From Lytechinus pictus (Eukaryota): a DNA stretch of 64,000 nt. Positions 1-11,500 of this stretch are shown here, piece by piece. The translations under genes were made by a program, and so were the position numbers. Numbering within the stretch: position 1 is the stretch's first letter; each line of letters begins with the position of its first letter. Below the pieces are notes generated by a model that did not search any database, was not told the DNA's origin, and saw nothing but the letters and a program-made list of their open reading frames with translations. The stretch covers positions 11,162,001-11,226,000 of the forward strand of contig NC_087251.1 of NCBI RefSeq assembly GCF_037042905.1, written 5' to 3'.

Positions 1-1015
1 TGAGCCCAACCTTTTAACATACCTTATACCAATAAACGGTAGGACAGCCCTGATTTGAGCTACCCAACATTCATTATTTCATGTACTTCCATTCCATGAT
101 TTTACAATGGAGCTACTACGTGTTAGTACCTCCATGGTTTCATTATCTTTCATCACAGTCTTCTTTTTCATTTCCCGAAATCACTTGAAAAAAATATTTT
201 CTAGTGTAATTGTATGTTAGTTTTCACATTTTGTTATAATATGTGAAAATGTTATAATCTAATAATTTTGATAGTTTTTCAACCTGACATTTCGCTTTCC
301 TTTACGCCCTTGGCATATTGCTTATGCAAATAATTCCATGCGCACTTAGACCAAGGACATCTAGGGAGACGCCAGTAGATGGCTCTACCAATAGATGGCC
401 TAACACAATCATAAACTAACCAATGGTTGGTATATACATGAATATAATGTATTATCTCATTGGGATAATTGATAAACTTAAAATATGTATTTAGTCGAAC
501 ACAAAGGAAAACTCAGGTAAATCTTGATCTTCTTTCATGATTGCGTTTAATTGCACAATTTTACCTGGTCTACAAAAATAATACAAGTAGGTATGATGTT
601 GTTCATTCTTAAACAAGTGTGATATTCATAGGCATTTGCCAGTTCGTAACAGGCACAAAGGAAAAAAATGATTAAAATAAATTGAATAAGCAATAGATTT
701 GTTAGCCTTCATCGTTCTCTTAACTACGAACTAAAGTTTGTGTTTATACTTTGGCCCCAAACTCCATATGTTCTTAAACTGAACTGTAAATGTCGTGCAA
801 AAATATCGGTGAGCTGATAAATCAATTTACGAAAACGATATTAAAGACTCAGACCAGAGATAAAATCAAAATTGGCTAATAGGAAATATATAAGCTACAT
901 AATACAACAATGTAAGTTTTATCCATATTTCAATCATATTCAATTTAATAGGTTTAGCGCTGTATCGAGCTTCTTAACCGCCTGAGCTACTTGACGTCAC
1001 ACTGTGCATTCAGGA

Positions 1016-1553
1016 CAGGGGCGGCGGAACGTATTTTCGTTTAGGGGGCAAAGCCCAAAAAGGGCACTTAGATATCAAAATTGGCATTTTGGTGCAAACG
1101 GATATTTTCACCATGAGATTATCATCTGCGTGAAGTAGTTGTGTGTTTTTCAGTAATAAAGTTGAGCAAAACCTTTTTGAACTGACTTCTGTTTAATGAA
1201 ATATACAGTTAGGCTTTTTTTTCCGCGAGAGAGCATAGCGAGCGAGCGGTTTATATATACATAAAAGATAATCAAATCTGCAGTTGTGAAACTCGCTTTT
1301 TGGTCAATTATAGCGTTTATTATTGAAGGGCATCCTAGCGAAATGTTACAAGCGTGAATTGCAAGCTCAAACTTTTGGACACCAGAAAATTGACCTGATA
1401 ATGACTGCATTTAGTGACTGATTAATAGGATACACATCTCACCAATCGAATAATGCGCGCGCGAAGCGCGAGCTGAAATATATATATATATATTTTTTTT
1501 TTTTGGGGGGGGGCAAGTGCCTCCCTGCCCCCTCCCCGGTTCCGCCGCCCCTG
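1016..1553. mobile_element. hAT-type MITE
   Basis: TIR caggggcggcggaac / gttccgccgcccctg; 8-bp TSD attcagga on both sides. Confidence 0.85.
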
Positions 1554-1979
1554 ATTCAGGACCGTTATGATTCCATAGTTTTGTTTGTAGAAAATTCTAT
1601 TCATTATATTTTTGATTGCCAGGTTATGATTTCGATTTTTTTTTTCAATTTGGAGAGGAAATTGGCGGAAGTCTTCGTTCTGTTTTTTGTTTTATGATTA
1701 TTTTCTTTGTTTGGCTCTTAATGGGCCAAAATTGCTATGTGGGGAAAAGTAATTACTCATAATTTGAATGCAGATAGAATTGAAAAGCCGCGCCAAATAA
1801 GAGGGATATACAGTATGGCAAAATATAGTCTAAAGCTGTAGATTTTGTCAAGTCAAGCTTGCAAGAAAATATACATATAAATGTGATAAAAGAGAAGATA
1901 TTACATCCACTTTTTCTTGTTTAACATTTGATGGTAGTCTCATTTCCCGGGATGCGGTTATTCATGTCGGTCGTAACCT

Positions 1980-2535
1980 CTATTCCCATTGCCAACCTCG
2001 CCCATTGTCATAACCATTATTGTTTCGATAGTCGTTCCAATAGCCATTTCCATTTTCGTTCATGTCTCCGTTCCAATGATCGTTCTCAAACCGATCCCCA
2101 TCCCAGGCCCCGTTTCCATTTCCTTCTCCATCCCAATGATCAACCAAATTCCCATTCACGTAGTCGTCCCCGTTCCAATAGTCATGATACTGGTTCCAAT
2201 TCCAATTTCCGTTGCCATTCCCCAAACTATTGCCATTCCCTCTACCGTTTTCATTCATGTTGCCATTTCGATTTCTATTGCCGTTCCCGTTACCATTACC
2301 ATGATTACCGGTCCCATAGCCATTCCCATTGCTGTTTCCATTGCGATTCTCGCTACCGTCCAAATCTTCTTCTACTTCATCATCATTGTCGGGTAAATCA
2401 AAGATGTCCGCTGGTACAGCTCTATACGAAGCTGAAAATCCTCGTCTGGTGGACGATCTGTCAGTGAGCAACTTCAAGTTCATGGTGTTATCTAGAGAAA
2501 CAAGTGAACCCTCAGGCAATCTGTTTCCACACAGA
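1980..2535 (-). CDS. Gene A exon 10: end of CUB3 plus Asn/Gly/Asp/Trp-rich tail, stop
   Basis: LCGNRLPEGSLVS...GFSASYRAV then acidic stretch and (NG)n-rich tail ending GWQWE-stop. Confidence 0.9.
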
Positions 2536-5500
2536 CTGAAAATCAAATAGAAGCATATTTCATTACCAATAAAAGGATTTTTTTATTACACTGTACTACT
2601 CCAGGAGGCCTTTGTGTCTTGAACACATTTGTACAGTTTTTATAATCCCAACTTATCAGTGGTCACGCTAAATCGCCACCATTCTCAGACATTCTCTGGC
2701 TATTTTGGATGTTATGTTTACTCTTTTTATTACCATGTTTGTTTTCATTATATATTCCATTTTCATTGTGTTTTTTTATTATATTCTGCCCATCTGGAAT
2801 CAAGTGCAATAAAAATAAGAGTGATTAATGATTTGAATCCACAGACATTTATTTAGAAAAAGAATAAAAATGCAATCGTCGTTAAGACAAGCAAGGATCT
2901 ATGTTATTTGAGTGATGATGATCTGAATGATGGAAAATTTTAGATAAATATTTCTTAACAGAAATGCGTACATGCGTTTGATTTTTTTTGGGGGGTGGAG
3001 GATATCATGTGCACGAGACACTGAGAAAGTGGGGAAGAAACCAAAATAGAAAAAAATCTGTTAAAACAAATACAATAAATCAACTGTAATGTCGTTTTGA
3101 GCAGCACGATTGTGTTGTATTTGTCCATATATTCAATATTTGGAATAATAATTATATACTTACATCATGGGGACAGCAATTCCTCTACCAAGATCGATCT
3201 CGAGCTCGTCTTCCCTACAAGTCACATCATCTATCAGGTCAATGACATTGAAGGTAAGCTCGACCCGGAAGTTCTCCTCTACTTCCAGGGAGTAGGTATC
3301 ACGAAGCATCCCTGGGCATTGTTCAGGCCACTTGGGTGATGTAATTACGTGTTCCTCTCCCAGGGATGGCAGGGGTTCATATATAGTGTGATAGGAAGCA
3401 GAGAAACCCTTTTTCCTGATCGTACTGTCGGTTATCAACTCCAAAGTCATTGTGTTGGCGAGAGACACCAGAGCCTCTTCGGGTTGCTTGTTACCACACA
3501 ATCTGTGAAATAAGCACAGTGTTTATTATAAACTGCCACTGCTAATACTGACCAATAATGAATCTCCATTCTCCCGAAAATATATCATGAGTTTACTTAT
3601 TTATTTTGTAACCAGCCAATTTGTACCTCTGCACTTTTTTTGTAATGTACATGTTCTCAAAAGAGAATCTATTAAATCAGACAACCCATTGTATATCGAA
3701 AGTGCATTGCTTCATATATTTGGTGTCTGTGTAATCGCTTGCTCGTGAATAATATATTTATGCTTCACATTTTGAATATCATTATAACTCAAAATTAAGA
3801 GTTATACTTGGTTTACGTTCTAACCACTGCTCAGAATATCCATGGAGCAAAGATTGCAAATATGTTTTGTGGCTTTGAGCAAGAGTACTTGTAAATGTCG
3901 GTCCTTGAAATATCACATCTTGTTTCGTTGCCTCCTCTAATACTTAACTGGGTTTGTATACCAAAATGAGTAGAATCCTGGTGAAAATCATTTTTTTAAT
4001 CCACGTCCCCTCAAACATTATTGATATATCGTAATTGTTTTCAGAATTTCACTTACTTCATCGGCATGCGAATCCCATTGCCAAGATGAACCAAAATGGC
4101 GTCGAAAGGACAGGAGCTTTGCAGATTTGAAAAATCCCCTTCGTTTTCAATCTGGAAGTCTTTGAACTGTAAGACGATTCTCTTCCCCACTGGAACATTG
4201 ATTGTGTAGGAACATTTCTTATTGTTAGGATACTTTCTTGGGTAGTTTGGAGAGTTTAAATCACCGGACAGGCCTGTATATGTTGCCGAGCATTCGTTTT
4301 GCGACATACTTGCTGTTGATATCAGTTGGCTGACGGAAGGCTCTGTCGGAGGTGTACTACTAACACTTGCCGTTGTTGAAACAACTGGACTTGTTGGACG
4401 TTGTGTAGTTGCACGAGCAGTTGTAGTGGAAACTGGTTCTGTTGTACGTTCACTGGTGGTGACACGAGACGTTGTCGTAGCTGGTTCTGTTGGACGTTCA
4501 CTGGTGGTGATACGAGACGTTGTGGTAGCTGGTTCTGTTGGACGTTCACTGGTGGTGATACGAGCAGTTGTTGCTGGTTCTGTTGGACGTTTACTGGTGG
4601 TGATACGAGACGTTGTGGTAGCTGGTTCTGTTGGACGTTCACTGGTGGTGACACGAGCTGTTGTGGTAGCTGGTTCTGTTGGACGCTCACTGGTGATGAC
4701 AAGAGACGTTGTGGTAGCTGGTTCTGTTGGACGTTCACTGGTGGTGATACGAGCAGTTGTTGCTGGTTCTGTTGGACGTTCACTGGTGATGACACGAGCA
4801 GTTGTGGTAGCTGGTTCTGTTGGACGTTCACTGGTGGTGATACGAGCAGTAGTGGTAGCTGGTTCTGTTGGACGTTCACTGGTGGTGATACGAGACGTTG
4901 TGGTAGCTGCTTCTGTTGGACGTTCACTGGTGGTGACACGAGCTGTTGTGGTAGCTGGTTCTGTTGAACGCTCACTGGTGATGACAAGAGACGTTGTGGT
5001 AGCTGGTTCTGTTGGACGTTCACTGGTGGTGATACGAGCAGTTGTTGCTGGTTCTGTTGGACGTTCACTGGTGATGACACGAGCAGTTGTGGTAGCTGGT
5101 TCTGTTGGACGTTCACTGGTGGTGACACGAGCAGTTGTGGTAGCTGGTTCTGTTGGACGTTCACTGGTGGTGACACGAGATGTTGTGGTAGCTGGTTCTG
5201 TTGGACGTTCACTGGTGGTGACACGAGCAGTTGTGGAAGAAGCTGGTTCTGTTGGACGTTCACTTGTCACACGAGAAGTTGTGGAAGCTGGTTCTGTCGA
5301 ACGTTCACTTGTTGTCACGAGAACAGTTGTTGAAACTGGCTCTGTTGGCCGTACACTTGTAGCACGAGAAGTTGCTGGGGGAGCTGGTTCTGTTGGACGC
5401 TCACTGGTGGTGACTCTAGAAGTTGTTGTGGAAGCTGATTCTGTTGTAAGTTTGCTGGTGGCGACTGCATAAATTGTTGTGGAAGCTGGTTCTGTTGGAC

Positions 5501-8500
5501 GTTCACTTGTGGTCATACGAGCAGTTGTCGGAGATTGATCGGTTGGACGTACACTTGTGGTAGCACGGGAAGTTGTTGTGGAAGCTGGTTCTGTTAAATG
5601 TTCACTGGTAGTTACAGGCACTGTGATAGCAGTGGATTCTGGTATTAATGTAGAGGTTGGAAGGGTTGTAACAGGGACATTTGTTGATGATGGCTCGAGT
5701 TCTATAGTGTAATTAGCTCGGAATCCTGGCATAGTCTGGTATATGTCTGATCGAAACCAGACTATCATTTCTGAACCAATAGTGGTTATAGGTGCTGGTA
5801 AGGTGGATCCACAAAATTTGGGGCCTTGGTAGGTGAATGTGTCATTGAATACTCGAACGTAGTCCCAAATGCACTCATTCGAATTTTCGAGTGAGAATGA
5901 ATCGAACGTAAGAGTAATCGTCATGTTCGGCAAATTGACGGAGGGCTGCGTAAAAAAAATTATAGGATCAGTTAGTGTGAACAAAAATGCTATAAACTCA
6001 TATTCTCTATTACTTTTCTTTAATATATTGCTTTTTTTTATTTTGGATTAAAAAAAAAACTTGTATCATATGAATTCAATAATGATTACATTATATGCAT
6101 TACCATGAGGTTTTAAGTGTCTTGATAACTATCCTTGTTTGATTCTTCCACTTATTTTAGGTGATAAAATACAAATGATAATACCTAACTTGATCGGTTC
6201 CATTATACCTGACAGAGTCTTTCATTGATACGTGAAAAATGAAAACCTTAAACTGCATAACTTCGTTGTTTGTATGAAAATATTTAGTGATTCAAATGTA
6301 GGTTGAACTAAAAAGAAATAGGTTGCCCAGCCCCATCGCACAACATACAAAATCCCAAAGAAATATTATTGACTGTTTATTCGCTGGTTGGGTGCACCAC
6401 ATCCTGCTTTCGGTTCACTTTCAACGGCCCTAAGTCATGTAAGTAATCGAGTATAATTGGGAGAGCAATGGTAGAAGATGTGTTATACTAGATTTTTAAT
6501 ATCTAACTTAATCTTAAATATTCATTTAATTTACCATGAGGAGCAATGATTCCCAGTGAAATAGACACTGTTTTTCGTTGGGACACTGCACGTAAGTACA
6601 AATGATCAACAACCATTTAAATGGTAACTTAAAACGAATATTAGAAGAAGAAAAAACTTGCGATTATTATGTAAAATAAGAAATAACGAAATACAAATAA
6701 TTCATACCTTGATATGATATATGCAAATTGTATCTAGAGGGTAGTTCCCGATTCCGAAATTGGGCGATTGGATCATACCAGAGTTTGATGTCATTTCAAA
6801 TTCACAAGCTGTAGAGTATGATAAAGACTAGTATCAACGCATGGCTTTTCTACTTAATAATCACTATATGCGTCAAATAAACAAATAAAGATTGAAATCA
6901 TTGAATTAAGAGAAAATTGCTTTGCCAGTCATGGATATCGTATGTGCATGGTGGCAGCACTGGTGGATCCAGCCCCCTCCCCCCTTGAGAGGTACAATTT
7001 CAATTTTTAATGTAAAACTGCCGTTAAAGCAGAAGCGTGCCCCTTCCCCCCTTTTGAATATGAGGACCTTTTTTTTTTGCTTGTCAACTTTTTCCTCGGA
7101 AAAATGTGCCCCCCTTTTTTTTTGGGGGGGGGGATCCTGGGTGGAAGTAACGGTCATATTTTAAATTAAGCAACGTTTAATATCCTTACAGTCCAATAAA
7201 ACTTCTAACTTACGTTGTACGTAATTAGGATTATCATCTTGGCAATGCGTTCCGGTGAACTTTTCTGGGCACACGCATGTACAGTCGGGGCCTACAAAAC
7301 CTTCGTTATAACAGGTTAAAGATGGACAGCCTACGCTACAGTTGTATATCATATTGGCGGCTTGGACGTCACGAAAGCTCAGTGCTTTTCGCTGGCCTAT
7401 GTACGGGAAGTTGAATGGGTTTTTCGTTGTGATCGTTGGTATAGTCCTGTCTATAGCATAACTCTGTAGTAGGATCGTAAGGAGATAAAAAAAAATGTGT
7501 AAGCTTAATAATGAAGTTCCGTCAGTGTATCACATTAAAATTGTTTGGGTTTTTCCTATATGATAACGTAGAAAGCACACATTTTAGGTTATCAATGTAT
7601 TGAATAATTCTTAGACGAACTCTGTAATGGAGGTTGAAAATGCCTGAAAAAATGATAGCATGGAGTCCAAGGGCAAGGCTAAGAATCAGCCAAGACTAAC
7701 CTACGCCTGGCTAGACCAAGGCTACTGATTTTGGCAATACTTTATATCATAGTCACACCATGAAGGAAAACCATGTTCAAACAGTAACGTGATACTTTTG
7801 GTCGGTTTCATTCCAGTTCGTTAAAAGTTGATGTCGCTGGTCTGATTGTAGAGTAATTTACATGGGGACATTTATATCTTTTAACAAAATAAGCTGACAA
7901 AATGATAATTATAATCAAAAGAATTTTTTTTATTGTAAACATATTTACTCAGTTTCAGTATTCAGGATAAATCGTTAGGAAATTATCGTGCATCACATGT
8001 TATTTGAAATAACTTCAGTCACATTTGTTTATCCTTTGGAAGAGCAATGTTAGTATGTCCTCAGTGATAAAAAGTTGAAGAATGAAAGGAAGAAAGAAAG
8101 AGACAGAGAAAGAAAAAGAGGCAAGGAAAAGGCAAAAAAAAATATTTAAAAAAATAAAAGTGATTAAATTTATAACACAGAGGCTGTCCCATCCAAATAC
8201 ATCACTCGAACAGAGAGAATGTATGGTCAAATGCCCATCATGACAAAGAACAACCACGAAGCATATTACGAAAAATGGTGAATCAGATCAGCAGTTTCGT
8301 CCTTGAGTCTGGAAAAACGAAATACTTGCAATTTCTCGTCAGCTTCGTAACTTAGGACGAAATTGCTGTTCGAGTTCAACCATTTTCGACAGATACCTCC
8401 AAGCTATCTTTGTCATTTATTGACGGGCATTTCCAATACATTTTATTGTCTACCTGAACCATCCGTACATGTACGTGACTGAGCGTAAAGTTCACACCAA

Positions 8501-11500
8501 CGGCAAATGCCGCGCTTTAAATCGGCGATCAATTCGGCGTCATTTTTGTTTACTTTTCAAAAAATCTCACGATGTCCTCAGATATGTTATGCTCTGATAA
8601 GCTCTGATACGCTCTGATACGAAGTTCGTTCCCGCTTTGGGCGACAAATTATTTCCCGAATCGCTACGGCTTCTCACGCTTTGATGCCGATTGATCAGGA
8701 TTTATTACGCTTTAAATCACGCTTTGATATGCTTTATTACTCTTTGATAAGCTTTGATGCGCTTATTACGCTTTAAATAACGCTCTGATACGATTACCAA
8801 GCTCTCTTTTTCATTGATAGGCTCTGTTAAGCTCTGTTACGCAATGACAAAATTCGCGATTCTGATTGCATCCCGCCTCTGATCCAGAGTAAATATAAAG
8901 ATGTAGCAGATATACACGAAATCATTGCATCTTTGGCAGAAGAACAAGATATGGAAGTTCAATATGTACCAGAGTATGAACCATCTTATGATGTAGACAT
9001 GACCTTTGTCTCCCTGCTATATAACTACATCCTAGCCCTCGAGGCAGAGGAGAGAGAGGAAGAACAGCAAAGACAAGAGGAGATTGAACTACCAGCAGGA
9101 GGGAGAAGACCATTCATCAGGTGCTGCTGGACCAGGCCATGGCTCACTGAAGAAAGAAGACAGCAGTATGGCCAGTACACTATCCTCTTGGACACACAAC
9201 TGAGGTTAGAGGACCCTGTTGCGTTCACAAACTTCACTAGAGTGACCCCTGAGGTGTTCAATGAGATCCTTGCGAGAGTGACATCAGTCATCCAGAAGCA
9301 AAAGACTAACTACAGGCACCCTTTGTCAGCTGGCCTCAAACTGGCAATCACCTTGAGACATCTGGCCACAGGGGACAACTACAGATCACTGGCATATGGT
9401 TTCAGATGTGGTATCTCAACCATATCAGAGTTGATTCCAGGAGTGTGCAGGGGAATTGTAGAGGCGTATAAAGATGTGGTCTTCAACATACCTACCACCC
9501 CTGAAGCATGGAGCACCCTTGCCCAGCAGTTTGAACAGAGATGGAATATCCCCCATGCAATTGGTGCATTGGATGGAAAGCATATAGCCATTAAGAAGCC
9601 AGCAAACACAGGCAGTCTCTACCACAACTACAAGGGGTTCTTCTCTATACCACTGCTGGCATTGGTAGATGCAGAGTACAAGTTCATCTGGATTGAGCTG
9701 GGAGGCAAAGGACACATGTCTGACTCCCAGATATTCACAGACTCTGAGCTCTTCGAATGCCTAGAAGATGGGTCCATAGGGCTGCCCCCACCATGCCCTC
9801 TCCAGGAGAAAATCAGCCTGATATTCCCTACTTCATCCTGGGTGACGATGCTTTTGCCCTGAAGAGCTACATGATGAAGCCATACAGTAGAAGAGGGATG
9901 ACAGATGAACAGAGGATCTGCAACTACAGGATCTCAAGGGGGAGAAGAGTGGTGGAGAATGCCCTTGGCATCATGGCCAACAGGTTCCGGTGCCAGTCGG
10001 GAACACTGGAACAGAAGGTAGATAACGTCAGAGATTTGGTGGAGACTACTGTGGTGCTCCACAACCTGCTGAGGAAGAGGGTGGCGCTGGCAGCCAATGC
10101 AGGGGCCTGGAGAGATGGACCTCACTGGGAAGATGGTCCGCAACCACCTGTAAGGGGGAACCTCGCCACTGTGGATGCCAGACATCGGAGAGATCATCTC
10201 AGAGAATACTTCGTCTCTCCAGTGGGTACTGTTGACTGGCAACAAAGAATGGCTGGGGTGGTACTTCCTGATTGAGTTAAGAAAGGAGTGGCTCAGATGA
10301 TGAAGATAAAGACTTTTGTGTCTGGAAATAAGAACATTCTCCCATATGCACATTTTGTTTATTTTTAATATAAGTTTGAAATAATTTTTTTATTATGTGT
10401 ACTTGTGAAGATGTTATTATTATTATTGATGTTATTGTTGTTGTTATGTATTTCATCTGCTTGTAAAAAATATAAATACAGACTTCATTGCTTTTTTACC
10501 CATGAAAGATCAGATAATACTACTATTGAAAATCAGAAGTGAAAATTTAAAGGAATCAAGATACAATTAAAAAATGAAATATAATAAAATAAATAGAAAA
10601 AACTTTGTGGAAAACTCAGAGTTTTCAACAAAGTTTTTATATATATATATTTTAATTCTATTCTAAGTGGGGTCACCGCTTTGAACCAAGCTCTCTTAAA
10701 CTCTGTTAAGCTTTCCTACGACTTTGATAAGCTTTGTGACGCTTTGATAAGCTTTAATACGCTCTCCCCGCTTTACGCAATCCGTGACAGATCGCTTCAA
10801 ATTTTTAAACAGTTTAAAAATTTTTGGCGCTCTCGCCGAATGTCCCGAATTGCAAGCTTTCTCATGCTCTATTACGGTCTTTACGCTTTGATTAAGCTTT
10901 GTTACGCTTTGCCGCCGCTTTGCACGCCGCTTTAAAGCGCCATCAAAGCGCCGTTGGTGTGAACTTAGCATAAGTTCAAGAATACTTACGTAAGGAGAGT
11001 AATGCATGATGGATTCATAATCATAAGGAATACTTGTCATAGTTTGATCGAAGGAATTTAATATGAAGTTTTTCATTTCTCCTGTTATGATGTTCTCCTC
11101 ATGAACGACAATCCAGTCATCCCGATCTGGTCGTGATTGCTCGTGATTAAACCCGATAGCGTGCCCGATTTCGTGGACGATCGTGCCAAACTTTTCAAAT
11201 TATGGAGAAAGTACAAAAAAAGCAAGACATGAATTATGAACATACTGAACACACATATGCACAATTTAAGAAGAAGAACATCGTATTTCGAGGTCGAAAG
11301 TGAATGCTATACTAGTATACAGGGGCGGAAATCATTCCCAAAAGGTAGGGGGAAAGGGGCTGGAAAATTTGACAAGCAAAAAAAAAAAGTTATCACCCCA
11401 AATTTAAGGTCATTTCGACGAAAATAAATTTGACAAGCAAAAAAAAAAGGTTATCATCCCAAAAGTAAGGTCATCTCGTCCTAAAATACATGCTTTATTT

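Noticed and set aside
1928..2467. His/Arg/Cys-rich and Ile/Pro-rich plus-strand ORFs
   Set aside because: Antisense shadows of the Asn/Gly tail of gene A.
4420..5300. Possible CRISPR-like array
   Set aside because: The units are contiguous with no unique spacers, the DNA is eukaryotic, and the repeat lies in a coding exon.
4322..5506. Long alternative-frame ORFs (Q/P/V-rich 313 aa, V/G/S-rich 348 aa, Cys/Trp-rich 188 aa)
   Set aside because: By-products of a stop-free tandem repeat whose unit is a multiple of 3. Only the Thr-rich frame joins the CUB domains and splice sites.
8933..10275. Domesticated HARBI1-like host gene or programmed frameshift
   Set aside because: TIRs and subterminal repeats are still present, no clear slippery heptamer is visible at the break, and a 1-nt deletion explains it.
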